Assembly (NCBI GenBank): GCA_913052165.1
Contig: CAJXEC010000003.1
Span: 1 to 61,805 of the forward strand
DNA length: 61,805 bases
Reading direction: 5' to 3'
Source: an uncultured Rhodospirillaceae bacterium
GTDB taxonomy: Bacteria; Pseudomonadota; Alphaproteobacteria; MPNO01; UBA2964
Shown piece after piece: positions 46,369-56,044 of the stretch. Each line of letters starts with the position of its first letter. The first letter of the stretch is position 1. The translations under genes and the position numbers were made by a program. The notes beneath the pieces are model-generated. The model was not told where the DNA came from, ran no database searches, and saw only the letters and a list, made by a program, of their open reading frames with translations.

Positions 46369-47415
46369 TTGAAGGCCGCGATTTACGACCAATTCGGTCC
46401 CCCAGATGTTCTTCAGTACAGAGAAATTCCTGATCCGGAGGCAGGAACTGGAGAGGTCATCGTCAAAGTCCATGCGGTAACCGTTAACAGGGTCCTCAAT
46501 TGTGCAGTTAGGGCAGGGGAACAAACCCGCCGAAATGTAAAGCCGCCACATGTTGGTGGAGTGGATCCGGCAGGTGTTGTTGTCTCGGTCGGGGAAGACG
46601 TCGAGAGCCCAGCAATAGGAACGAGGGTAGCATGTCTGTCTCGGATCCCGTGTCTCGACTGCGGATCCTGTGAAGCGGGTAACTTTGAGGATTGTGAAAA
46701 CTCTGTCATGTTGGGTGTCGGCTGTTATGGTGGAGACGCCGAGTTCGTAAAAGTACCTGCATCTGTGGCGGTTCAAATTCCTGACACCATTAATTTCGCA
46801 GAAGCGGCAGCGGTTCTCCGGCACGGCCCGACGGCCCACAACCTCTTATTTGATACAGGTGATCTGAAAGCTGATGAGACAATCTTGGTTATGGGAGCGG
46901 CTGGAGGGCTCGGCCTTGCGGGCATACAGGTTGCAAAGGCCGCGGGAGCCCGTGTGATATGTGCAGCAGGTGCTTCGGAGAGAGTGGCGGTTGGCATCGA
47001 ATACGGTGCGGATTTTGGCGTTGATTACACTGCAGAGGATCTAACCGAAGCGGTTATGCGCTACACCGAAGGCCAGGGGGTAAATTTAGTCTTTGAAAAT
47101 ATCTCTAACCCCCTTACTTGGCCAAAGGCACTCGCCTGTCTGCAAAAATTTGGGCGGTTGGTCACCGCGGGGTCACACGGCGGGGGGAAAGTCGAGCTTG
47201 ATTGTGGCATTTTGTATCATCGAAACCTTAGAATTTTTGGCGCCACTGGAAATACAGATGCCAATGTCGAGGACACGCTTCTTTTGGCTGAAGAGGGAAA
47301 GCTGAGAGCGAAGATTGAGAAAATATACCCACTAAGCGGAGCGGCTGAGGCGCATCGTCACATTGAAGCTGGCGTGCCACTGGGCAAAATAGTGCTGGAT
47401 CCCACCCTTGGGTAA
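46369..47415 (+). CDS. MDR-family zinc-type dehydrogenase / quinone oxidoreductase
   Basis: TTG start (MKAAIYDQFG...). CLDCGSCEAGNFEDC Cys cluster and VMGAAGGLGLAGIQVAK. Confidence 0.8.
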   Translation: MKAAIYDQFGPPDVLQYREIPDPEAGTGEVIVKVHAVTVNRVLNCAVRAGEQTRRNVKPPHVGGVDPAGVVVSVGEDVESPAIGTRVACLSRIPCLDCGSCEAGNFEDCENSVMLGVGCYGGDAEFVKVPASVAVQIPDTINFAEAAAVLRHGPTAHNLLFDTGDLKADETILVMGAAGGLGLAGIQVAKAAGARVICAAGASERVAVGIEYGADFGVDYTAEDLTEAVMRYTEGQGVNLVFENISNPLTWPKALACLQKFGRLVTAGSHGGGKVELDCGILYHRNLRIFGATGNTDANVEDTLLLAEEGKLRAKIEKIYPLSGAAEAHRHIEAGVPLGKIVLDPTLG

Positions 47416-47845
47416 GATGCTTAAAGTGATTTTATGGTTTCTTTGCTTAGGCACGTGGAGCCAAGTTTGCTTAGCCGAAGTTAGACTTATGTCCATTCTT
47501 GAAGCTCAAAAGAGGGTATCTACCGGAACACTTCTTTTAATTGATGTGAGATCGCCTGGGGAGTGGAGAGATACAGGTTTGGCAACAGGCGCTGTACCAA
47601 TTTCCATTCACAGAGAGGATGGCCTTGAGGGATTTGTTTCAGAAGTTAGGGATCGCACTAACGGTAATCCATTGCGTCAAATAGCACTAATATGTGCTAG
47701 TGGGATCCGCTCTGCCAGAGCGGCAAGGGCACTCAATAAGGCCGGATATACGAGCCTCTTCAATGTTCGAGAGGGTATGCGAGGAAATTTAAAAGACGGG
47801 CCTGGTTGGCTCAAAAGAAGTCTTCCCCTAAAAAATTGGCCTTGA
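47408..47845 (+). CDS. exported single-domain rhodanese (sulfurtransferase-like)
   Basis: Signal peptide MLKVILWFLCLGTWSQVCLA. LLIDVRSPGEW and active-site loop CASGIRS. Confidence 0.75.
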   Translation: MGKMLKVILWFLCLGTWSQVCLAEVRLMSILEAQKRVSTGTLLLIDVRSPGEWRDTGLATGAVPISIHREDGLEGFVSEVRDRTNGNPLRQIALICASGIRSARAARALNKAGYTSLFNVREGMRGNLKDGPGWLKRSLPLKNWP

Positions 47846-47852
47846 GGCAAGG

Positions 47853-48764
47853 TTAGCTTTTTTTAATATCCGACCACGTGACAAGCCCGATACCTCCAAG
47901 TATTAGGAACAAGCCTCCTGCGAGGGTCAAAGTAAGTGGTTCGCCAAGCAGTAAAACACTTGTAACGATGGCAACGACTGGGCCGCCTAATAAGCCTATC
48001 GACGTGGTTACAGCTCCCAAATACCTCACCGAACTTGCCACTGCCCACATGGCGATCGCGGTTCCAAAGATCCCGCCATAGAGGATTAAAAATATCATTT
48101 CAGGGTTTATATTGATGGGCCGGGGTTCGGCCACCCAGATTGAGAAGGGAAGTGTAATTAATGCAGCTAACAAAAGTTGCCAAGGGCCTAATTGAAGAGG
48201 CGTTAAATGCCACTTATGAACCCTCATTTGTAAAATTGCGATTGACCAAGAAAATGCGGCAAGGAGGCAAAGACCACTTCCAAGAAGGGCTTCATGGTTC
48301 GACCAATCAAACTCTATCGGGTTGAATAAAACGGCCAATCCACTGAGGCCGGTAACCATGCCAAAAACCTTCATGGCTGTTACTCGTTCACCCAGAAAAA
48401 TAAGGGCGAATGGTGTGACAAAAAGTGGCGTTGAATATCCCAACAGGGCCCCTCTGCCGGCTGGTATGTAGGCCATTGCGGTGTGCACCAGGGACACATA
48501 TAAACCCATCATGCAAATGCCGACTGAAAATACAGCGGGCAGGTCGGCTTTGGTCGGCAATTTTAGGTTTTTCTGAACGGCTAGAACAAGCATTAAGACT
48601 AAAGCGCCAATGAGAACCCTTGTCGACGCAAACCAAAGCGGGGGGAGGTGTTCGACACCAGCCCGCATTACTGGCCACAACCAACCATAAGAAAATATGC
48701 CTGTTATTAGGAAGGCATAGCCCAATCTCTCATTGCTCGAGTTATGTGGTTTGATAGTTGACAT
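47853..48764 (-). CDS. DMT-superfamily (EamA-type) transporter
   Basis: 303 aa with 10 TM segments arranged as two EamA repeats. Confidence 0.8.
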   Translation of the reverse strand: MSTIKPHNSSNERLGYAFLITGIFSYGWLWPVMRAGVEHLPPLWFASTRVLIGALVLMLVLAVQKNLKLPTKADLPAVFSVGICMMGLYVSLVHTAMAYIPAGRGALLGYSTPLFVTPFALIFLGERVTAMKVFGMVTGLSGLAVLFNPIEFDWSNHEALLGSGLCLLAAFSWSIAILQMRVHKWHLTPLQLGPWQLLLAALITLPFSIWVAEPRPININPEMIFLILYGGIFGTAIAMWAVASSVRYLGAVTTSIGLLGGPVVAIVTSVLLLGEPLTLTLAGGLFLILGGIGLVTWSDIKKS

Positions 48765-48855
48765 CCAAGTCGAGGAAAATATTTACCCTAGTTCTGCGGA
48801 TACAGGATACTCGCGGGCCTAGCAAGAGCCGTTTTCTCACTTCGAGGTTTATGCT

Positions 48856-48872
48856 AGCGTTTTAAAAACGCT
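48856..48872. promoter_or_regulatory. perfect palindrome immediately upstream of the dienelactone hydrolase gene (candidate operator)
   Basis: AGCGTTTT a AAAACGCT, 16 nt upstream of the ATG at 48888. Confidence 0.25.
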
Positions 48873-48887
48873 TTAAACGGGGGTGGT

Positions 48888-49586
48888 ATGGGAAATTGGA
48901 CAAGTGTCGCCAGTGACGGCAGTACCATGAAAATTTATTTCAATAAGCCCGAGGGTGAGCGTGCCCTACCCGCAGTATTAGTTATGTTTCATAGAACCGG
49001 CATGGATCAGTTTACGCGCGATCAGGTTGACGCTCTGGCATCGAAAGGTTTTTTAGCGGCGGCTCCCGATTTTTATCACCGACATGCCGATCTGGTAGGC
49101 GACGCGCCAGCAGATTTTCGAAATGATAATGAATTCATCAGCGACATAGAGGCATCCTTGGATCATTTCAGGGGACGAGGCGATGTCGATATGAAGCGTG
49201 TCGGCATCCTGGGTCACTGTATGGGTGGTAGGACTTCTTTCTTTGGCGCTAGTGTTTTTCCTGACCAATTTAAACTTTGTGTCGTTAATTATGGTGGCGG
49301 TATGTTTTCAGCCTGGGGAGAGGGGCCAACTGCTTTTGAAAGGCTGGATAATCTCACTTGCCCGGTTTTGGGCCACTTCGGCGGGTTAGATAAGAACCCG
49401 TCGCTTGTAGATGTTCAAAAATTTGACGAAAAACTGAGGCAAAATGGCGTCGAACACACATTTTACGAATATGCTGATGCAAATCATGCTTTTCAGGATC
49501 CGAACAATAAAAAAGGTAATTTTCATCCAGAAGCGACCAAGTTGGCATGGTCAAGGACTATAAAATTCTTACACGAAGGACTGTAA
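48888..49586 (+). CDS. dienelactone hydrolase family protein
   Basis: The GILGHCMGG nucleophile-Cys elbow and C-terminal ANHAF are typical of the DLH family. Confidence 0.8.
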   Translation: MGNWTSVASDGSTMKIYFNKPEGERALPAVLVMFHRTGMDQFTRDQVDALASKGFLAAAPDFYHRHADLVGDAPADFRNDNEFISDIEASLDHFRGRGDVDMKRVGILGHCMGGRTSFFGASVFPDQFKLCVVNYGGGMFSAWGEGPTAFERLDNLTCPVLGHFGGLDKNPSLVDVQKFDEKLRQNGVEHTFYEYADANHAFQDPNNKKGNFHPEATKLAWSRTIKFLHEGL

Positions 49587-49668
49587 AAAATAGAATTAAA
49601 AGGATTTGGATTACGAACGTTAGACTTTCCTGCTTGCCCGGCTTTCCCTAAACGCTTAGCGTGAGGGA

Positions 49669-50565
49669 ATGGAGAATGTCTGGAGCCAAGAGCGTGCAGG
49701 TTGCGATATCGGGGGCATTTCGATTGACCGGGTCGTTGATATCGAAAGGCTGAGGTACCCCCATAAAACACTGATCCCAAGTTCTGATCGAGAGTTACTC
49801 TGTGAACTATCGAAAGAGATGGGGCCAAGACTAATCCATCCTGAAAGTCTCGACTTATCCCTGAGCTTTCACTCTTTTCTTATCCGTACGGAAAAGAATA
49901 ACATTTTAGTCGACGCGTGTTGCGGTAATGGCAAGCAGCGGCTGGGTCGTCTGGATTGGCATGAGCGCGATGGGCCATTCTTAGACAATTTGAAGGCTCT
50001 GGGCGTGATGCCTGAGGACATAGATTACGTTATGTGTACTCACCTGCATCCAGATCATGTCGGTTGGAATACGACAATGGAAAATGGAAGGTGGGTGCCG
50101 ACATTTCCAAATGCTCAGTACCTCTTCGCAGAGACAGAGTATAAGTTTTGGGTGGATCAGCAGTCAGAGGTGGAAGATCCAATTTTGCATGGATCGCATG
50201 CTGATAGCGTTTTGCCCGTAGTTGCATCGGGACAAGCAACTTTAGTGAAAGCCGATCACCAAATCGAAGCGGGATTAAATTTTGAACCGGCTCCAGGGCA
50301 TACACCGGGCGCGGTAATTTTAAATGCAGAGAGCAACGATGCGGCTGCGGTGTTGTGTGGTGATGTGGTTCACCATCCAGTGCAGGTTCGGCGACCAGAT
50401 TGGTCCTCCGCATTTTGTGAGGATCCAGTAGGGTCAGCACGATCACGTGCTAAATTATTAGAGCGAATTTCGGGGACAGGCACTTTGCTTTTACCTGCAC
50501 ATTTTATGAGTCCATATTTTGGCCCAATAGAAAAGTTCGGAACTGGATACAAAACAGTTATATAG
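49669..50565 (+). CDS. MBL-fold metallo-hydrolase (lactonase-like)
   Basis: THLHPDHVGWN (HxHxDH), PAPGHTPGA, and GDVVHHP. This is the intact paralog of the pseudogene at 8229..9160. Confidence 0.85.
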   Translation: MENVWSQERAGCDIGGISIDRVVDIERLRYPHKTLIPSSDRELLCELSKEMGPRLIHPESLDLSLSFHSFLIRTEKNNILVDACCGNGKQRLGRLDWHERDGPFLDNLKALGVMPEDIDYVMCTHLHPDHVGWNTTMENGRWVPTFPNAQYLFAETEYKFWVDQQSEVEDPILHGSHADSVLPVVASGQATLVKADHQIEAGLNFEPAPGHTPGAVILNAESNDAAAVLCGDVVHHPVQVRRPDWSSAFCEDPVGSARSRAKLLERISGTGTLLLPAHFMSPYFGPIEKFGTGYKTVI

Positions 50566-50844
50566 GGAGAGGCTATTGGAGCAAAACACGGATCTTTTCC
50601 GAATGGATGCATAATTTTTGGGCGGTACGACCGTTGAAACCAGATCCTGTCCCTGATCATTTGCTCAAAACAGTGTGAGAGGCGGGTATCGTCGCACCTA
50701 GTTGAGGGAACACTCAGATTTTGAGGTTCTTAGTCATTAAAGATCTGGCCTATTGGTTGGCCAGTGGGAAAATTTGCCCCCAAAGCCGTGCCCCGCTGGT
50801 AGATGTACTTTGTCAGATAAGTGGAGGTCTTCGTGGTCCGTTCC

Positions 50845-52038
50845 CTAGCTAACAGCCCGTTTTGCTCTCCACCTCACAAATAACCCAAAAGCTGATCCCG
50901 ACGCCATTACCAGAAAACCGAAACGCCATGCGTCTGGGGAGTTAATACCCCCCGTAAGTTGAAGTGTTGCGCCGATTGCAAGAGCTCCAAGCACACCTCC
51001 CCCGAACCCCACACATGCATGTATCGCCATGGTGGCCCCTCGGACATCGGGCTCAGCTAATGAAACTGTCGTAGAATTGAGGGGTCCCGTGTCTGCATAG
51101 GTGACGACCCCATATAAAATGGCCAGGCTGCCGACAATCCAAAGTGGCGCTGCGGTTGTCAAGGCAACAATAATCCCGATTAAGAGGGAACTAAGCATAA
51201 TGAGGTTAAGCACTTTGTTTCTGTTAAATCGAAGAAGGGCTTCCCCGCACCACATGCTTGCGGGTACCCCAGCCAGGGCAACTAAAGTTGCTAGGCCGGC
51301 GGCTGTTAAAGTAAACTTTTCTCCTCGGTTGGCCTCAGCCATGACCAAAAAGGCTACTATCCAGACGCGGTTTGAAAAAACTTCCCACAGGTGGCCAAAA
51401 TAAGCCCTGATATTTGCCATAGCAGCGCGGTTTTTTAGTGCCTTTCGAAATGCGACACTTTGACTAATTGGGTTCGATGAAATCTTTCCATTAGGCAACG
51501 CCAAACAGCCAATAACCAGCCCCAGTAATATTCCTATACCTGCGGCAATAAATGACCAGCGCCAATCCAGCCAGTCTGCAAAAAGCCCCCCGACTAAAAT
51601 CGAGGCAGCGGTGCCGACGGCATAAACCGATGTATAGTAACTTGCAGCTCGCGTTCTGTAAGGCTCCTCCAGATCATCTGCCATTGCTTTTAAGGCTGGC
51701 ATATAAGTGCCGGCGACACCTATGCCGGTAAGAATTCGGAAAAAAATTCCGCTCCACAAACCCTCACCTAAAAAGGCGAAACCAAAACAAGAAATTGTCC
51801 CTATTACTCCGGATATGAAATAAACTTTTTTCGGAAGTATGCGGTCTGTGAGCGGGACAAGGATCGGGACAGCTGCCACATAGCCAATAAAAAAAGCTCC
51901 TCCTAACAGGCCCGCCTCTGTCTCCGTCAATTTCCACTCTTCCAATAAGGTTGGCAGCACCGGGGTTATGGTCATAAACGCCATGGTGTTTAGTACCAAG
52001 GTTAGGCAGCTGACGAAGACAAGGTTGGGGAAAGACAT
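50845..52038 (-). CDS. MFS transporter
   Basis: 397 aa with 12 TM segments. LTDRILPKK sits in the loop 2-3 position. Confidence 0.8.
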   Translation of the reverse strand: MSFPNLVFVSCLTLVLNTMAFMTITPVLPTLLEEWKLTETEAGLLGGAFFIGYVAAVPILVPLTDRILPKKVYFISGVIGTISCFGFAFLGEGLWSGIFFRILTGIGVAGTYMPALKAMADDLEEPYRTRAASYYTSVYAVGTAASILVGGLFADWLDWRWSFIAAGIGILLGLVIGCLALPNGKISSNPISQSVAFRKALKNRAAMANIRAYFGHLWEVFSNRVWIVAFLVMAEANRGEKFTLTAAGLATLVALAGVPASMWCGEALLRFNRNKVLNLIMLSSLLIGIIVALTTAAPLWIVGSLAILYGVVTYADTGPLNSTTVSLAEPDVRGATMAIHACVGFGGGVLGALAIGATLQLTGGINSPDAWRFGFLVMASGSAFGLFVRWRAKRAVS

Positions 52039-52149
52039 ATTTTGTTACAGGATTTGAATATACAACAACACAAGACTTTAGGGGTGATTTTTAGATACCG
52101 ATGATCTATGTCACTCTATCGAGTGTAACTACAATGGGTGATATTTAAA

Positions 52150-53070
52150 ATGGCATTTTCAGTTCCCAAGCCTAACACAGTTCTCGACTTGGAAATGGGT
52201 GATGGGGCCAAAATTAAGGTTAGGCTTCATGGGAACTCAAAAGGGTCCAGGATTTTTATAGCTAATGGGAATGGGTTCGCCATTGATGGGTATTTGCCTT
52301 TTTGGGGTCCCCTCTGTGACCGTTTTGAAATCGCAGCCTTTGATTTCCGCAATCATGGTCAAAACCCAGGCGCCACCTCGGGATTGTCTGGTCACAGCTA
52401 TGCTCAGATGACATTGGATCTAAATACTGTGTTTAGAGAGGTTACAGATCGACTAGGCAAAAAGACCAGTATCGGTATTTTTCACTCGATGTCAGGTCGA
52501 ACAGCCATGAAACATGCCTGTGAAATTGGTTTTGTCTGGGATGCGCTTATTCTATTCGATCCGCCTAATGTGCCCCCTGAGGGACATCGAGAATACAATC
52601 GCATGAATGTCTTTGAGCAGCGCTTGAGCGCTTGGGCGCTTCAAAGACCCTATAAGTTCGGTGATCCTGTGGAACTTGCTGAACAGTATAAGAACAACAG
52701 AGCCCACTCAAGCTGGGTTGAGGGCGCTCACGAATTGATGGCGAGAGCAGTTCTTCGTCAATCGGACGGAGATGAAAATTGGACCCTAACTTGTCCCCGT
52801 GAATATGAAGCTTTTATTTATGAGCAGGCTATGACACTCAACCTGTGGCCTTCTAAAACTAGGATTGGCGGTCCTTTCAAATTGATTGCTTGTGACCCTG
52901 AAGCCAAGGGAGCTCCAGGACCGGCATTTGCAAACAAAGCGTTGGCCGAAGACATGGATTATGAATACGAGTGTATTCCGGAGACTGGGCATCTCTTGCA
53001 GATACAAAAGCCTGCTGAGTGTCGGGATTCTATGTTTAAATTTTTGGATCAAATCGGGTTGGAATACTAA
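52150..53070 (+). CDS. alpha/beta-fold hydrolase
   Basis: NGNGF, the nucleophile elbow FHSMSG, and C-terminal GHLLQ. The start is ambiguous (GTG 52138 or ATG 52150). Confidence 0.7.
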   Translation: MAFSVPKPNTVLDLEMGDGAKIKVRLHGNSKGSRIFIANGNGFAIDGYLPFWGPLCDRFEIAAFDFRNHGQNPGATSGLSGHSYAQMTLDLNTVFREVTDRLGKKTSIGIFHSMSGRTAMKHACEIGFVWDALILFDPPNVPPEGHREYNRMNVFEQRLSAWALQRPYKFGDPVELAEQYKNNRAHSSWVEGAHELMARAVLRQSDGDENWTLTCPREYEAFIYEQAMTLNLWPSKTRIGGPFKLIACDPEAKGAPGPAFANKALAEDMDYEYECIPETGHLLQIQKPAECRDSMFKFLDQIGLEY

Positions 53071-53083
53071 GTAGAGAGATTTA

Positions 53084-56044
53084 ATGACCGCAGTTCGTAA
53101 ATTTGTTGGAGAGTCAATAGAAAGACTGGAAGATCAGCGCCTCTTAACTGGGCGGGCTCGGTTTGCTGATCACTATCCTGTGCCGGTTGGAACGCAACAT
53201 GCGGCAATTCTTCGGTCGCCTCACGCCAGTGCATTAATTAAATCCATTGATACATCTCAGGCAGAGGAATGCCCTGGGGTTGCCGCGGTGATCACGGGAA
53301 AGCAAATCCAAGAAATTTCTGACCCCTATCTGTTGATCGTAAAAGAACCGCTCCATGAGTGGGCATTGGCGGTGGATAGAGTAAGGTTTGTTGGGGAAGC
53401 TGTGGCAGTCGTAATTGCCCGAGATCGATACCACGCGGAGGATGCGCTTGAGCACGTAAAAATAGAATACGAAATATTGGCGCCCGCTTTGGATCCCGAG
53501 GAAGCATCTCATGAAGCCTCCCCCTCCGTGCACCCGGATGCGGGCACAAATCTTATCTCGGATCGGGAATTTATTTACGGAAACCCAAATCAAGCATTCG
53601 CAGAAGCGGATAGAATTGTCGATTTAAAAATTCATTATCCGCGAAATTCGTTAACGCCAATTGAGGGGTTTGTAGCCTTAGTTGAGTATCTCCCAGATGA
53701 AGATAGTTACGACGTTTTTTCTAATTTTCAGGGACCCTACACTGGACACCCTATAATCGCTCGTGCCCTCCGAGTTCCCGAGCCCAACGTGAGGCTCCGA
53801 ACTCCATCTAATTCTGGTGGCAGCTTCGGCGTTAAGCAGGCCGTCCTACCCTACATTGTTCTAATGGGCTTGTGTTCAAAAATCACGGGGCGTCCCGTGA
53901 AATGGGTGGAAGATAGGCTTGAGCATTTGACAGCTGCCTCGAGCGCCCCCCATCGAATAGTAAATATCTCGGCAGCAGTAAAAAGCGATGGTGAAATCAC
54001 GGGTCTTCGGATGGAGCAACTCGATGATTACGGCGCGTATCTTCGGTCACCGATGCCGGGCCCCCTCTACAGAATGCACGGCGCTATAACGGGTGCCTAC
54101 AAAGTTAAAAATGTTTCTTGCATTAATAAACTAGTCATGACCAACAAGACCCCCGCCGGGTTGGTGAGAGGTTTCGGAGGGCCGCAGCTTTATTTCGCGC
54201 TTGAGAGGTTAATCCATAAAGTGGCAGTGGAGTTAGGCGAAGATCCGCTCTCGGTAATTAGGCGAAATCTCCTGGAGTCTGGGGTGTTTCCATACCGCAC
54301 ACCAGCAGGGGCGATTTATGACTCAGGCGATTACCCGGCAACCGTGGAGAAAGCGGTAAAAAATGGTGGCCTCCGAGATCTTTTAAAACGACGTGACGAG
54401 GCAAGAGCAAAAGGGAAAAAATACGGTATTGGCTATGCAGCGGTGGTTGAGCCGGGCATGTCCAATATGGGCTACTTATCGACAATTGTTCCTGCGCAAG
54501 ACCGGGCTAAAAGGGGAGGCCAAGACGGCGCAATATCGATGGCCACGGTTAATGTGGACCCACTGGGCTCAGTGTCTGTAACAAGTGATACTACTCCACA
54601 GGGCCAGGGACATGGAACTGTTATTGCGCAGATTGTGGCAGACCAATTGGGGTTGAGGCCTGGCGATATCAAGGTCTCTACAGATCACGATACCCTAAAA
54701 GATCCCTGGTCGATTGCCGCTGGCACTTACTCATGTCGGTTTTCACCGGGCACCGCCGTTGCAGCTCACTTGGCAGCTCAAAAAATAAGAGAAAAGCTGA
54801 CTAGAATTGCGGCGCCGCTTCTTAACATTACGTCGGATAAAATTGATTTCTCTGAGGGAAAAATATTGGACCGGGATAATGAAGACAATGCCCTAAGTTT
54901 TAGGCGGGTGGCCGGAGGGACCCACTGGTCGCCTGGCCTGCTCCCCGATGATGTCGAGGGGGGATTGAGAGAGACTGCGACTTGGGCGCCACCTCAACTC
55001 AAAGCCCCAGATGAAGATGATCGAATAAATACCTCGCTAACTTATGGTTTTGTCTTCGATTTTTGCGGAGTAGAGATTGATGAAGATACGGCTGCGGTCA
55101 AAATTGATAGGTATGTTACCATGCACGATCCTGGTAAGATGATGAACCCCATGATCGTAGAGGGACAGGTGTATGGCTCTTTTGGTCAAGCAATTGGAGC
55201 CGCCTTGTATGAAGAATTTTCCTATGCCGGTGATGGTAGCTTCCTCACAGGCACTTTTGCAGATTACCTTGTGCCAACCGCTACGGAAGTTCCGGAACCC
55301 GAAATACTGCATGTCGAAAATCCATCACCCTTTACCCCATTGGGGGCGAAGGGAGCTGCAGAGGGAAATTGCATGTCGACGCCGGTTTGCATCGCTAATG
55401 CCGTATGTGATGCTCTAGGGGTCGATGATATATTGCCCCCCTTAACGCCGGCGAAAATCAGCCAATTTCTCTATGGTGACGAACGCGAGCCAGCTGCAGG
55501 TTTGAAACAAGGAGAAAAAGCTAGCGGGAAAGGTCATGCACTGATCGGTTCAGGAGACACTTTTGTGCCGAGTTCGCCCTCGACCGTCTGGAATACTTTA
55601 CTTGATCCTGCCAAATTAGCAGCGGTTATTCCCGGCTGCCACGAGCTTGTTAGTGTAGGAGAAAATGCCTACAGAGCAGAAGTAAGTCTTGGGGCGGGAC
55701 CTGTCCGAGGGAGGTTTGTGGCAGAGGTTGCCCTTTCTAACCTAGTGGCGCCCGAGACAGCGCATCTTAGCGGAGGCCTATCTGGTCCTTTGGGGGCATC
55801 GACTGGCTCAGGCGATGTAAAACTTACTGCTGAGTCCTCTGGTACACGGGTAGAGTACAATTACGAAATTGTGATTACGGGCAAGGTGGCGTCGATTGGG
55901 GGGAGAATGCTCGAAGGGGCAGCCAAAATAGTCGTCGGTCAGTTCTTTGAACGCCTTGTTAATCAAATAGAGGGTAAATCCGTCCCTTCCAGTTTAAACT
56001 TTTGGCAACGTGTTAAGAGGATGATCGGGATTGGCAGGACCTGA
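53084..56044 (+). CDS. CoxL/xanthine-dehydrogenase-family Mo-binding subunit fused to a C-terminal CoxG-like SRPBCC domain
   Basis: 986 aa. Hammerhead N-terminus (IERLEDQRLLTGRARFADH), GGSFGVK, VRGFGGPQLYFALERL, and GAKGAAEGN. After a linker (~aa 795-816) comes a CoxG-type domain: SPSTVWNTLLDPAKLAAVIPGCHEL...GAGPVRGRF...GGRMLEGAAKIVVGQFFERL, about nt 55532-55980. Confidence 0.85.
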   Translation: MTAVRKFVGESIERLEDQRLLTGRARFADHYPVPVGTQHAAILRSPHASALIKSIDTSQAEECPGVAAVITGKQIQEISDPYLLIVKEPLHEWALAVDRVRFVGEAVAVVIARDRYHAEDALEHVKIEYEILAPALDPEEASHEASPSVHPDAGTNLISDREFIYGNPNQAFAEADRIVDLKIHYPRNSLTPIEGFVALVEYLPDEDSYDVFSNFQGPYTGHPIIARALRVPEPNVRLRTPSNSGGSFGVKQAVLPYIVLMGLCSKITGRPVKWVEDRLEHLTAASSAPHRIVNISAAVKSDGEITGLRMEQLDDYGAYLRSPMPGPLYRMHGAITGAYKVKNVSCINKLVMTNKTPAGLVRGFGGPQLYFALERLIHKVAVELGEDPLSVIRRNLLESGVFPYRTPAGAIYDSGDYPATVEKAVKNGGLRDLLKRRDEARAKGKKYGIGYAAVVEPGMSNMGYLSTIVPAQDRAKRGGQDGAISMATVNVDPLGSVSVTSDTTPQGQGHGTVIAQIVADQLGLRPGDIKVSTDHDTLKDPWSIAAGTYSCRFSPGTAVAAHLAAQKIREKLTRIAAPLLNITSDKIDFSEGKILDRDNEDNALSFRRVAGGTHWSPGLLPDDVEGGLRETATWAPPQLKAPDEDDRINTSLTYGFVFDFCGVEIDEDTAAVKIDRYVTMHDPGKMMNPMIVEGQVYGSFGQAIGAALYEEFSYAGDGSFLTGTFADYLVPTATEVPEPEILHVENPSPFTPLGAKGAAEGNCMSTPVCIANAVCDALGVDDILPPLTPAKISQFLYGDEREPAAGLKQGEKASGKGHALIGSGDTFVPSSPSTVWNTLLDPAKLAAVIPGCHELVSVGENAYRAEVSLGAGPVRGRFVAEVALSNLVAPETAHLSGGLSGPLGASTGSGDVKLTAESSGTRVEYNYEIVITGKVASIGGRMLEGAAKIVVGQFFERLVNQIEGKSVPSSLNFWQRVKRMIGIGRT

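Noticed and set aside
50566-50844. 279-nt gap between the MBL hydrolase and the MFS gene, checked for a gene remnant or RNA gene.
   Set aside because: I found only a short stop-bounded minus-strand frame (...YIYQRGTALGANFPTGQPIGQIFND) with no start and no recognisable family, plus a weak 6-bp hairpin (CTGGCC...GGCCAG). The evidence is insufficient.
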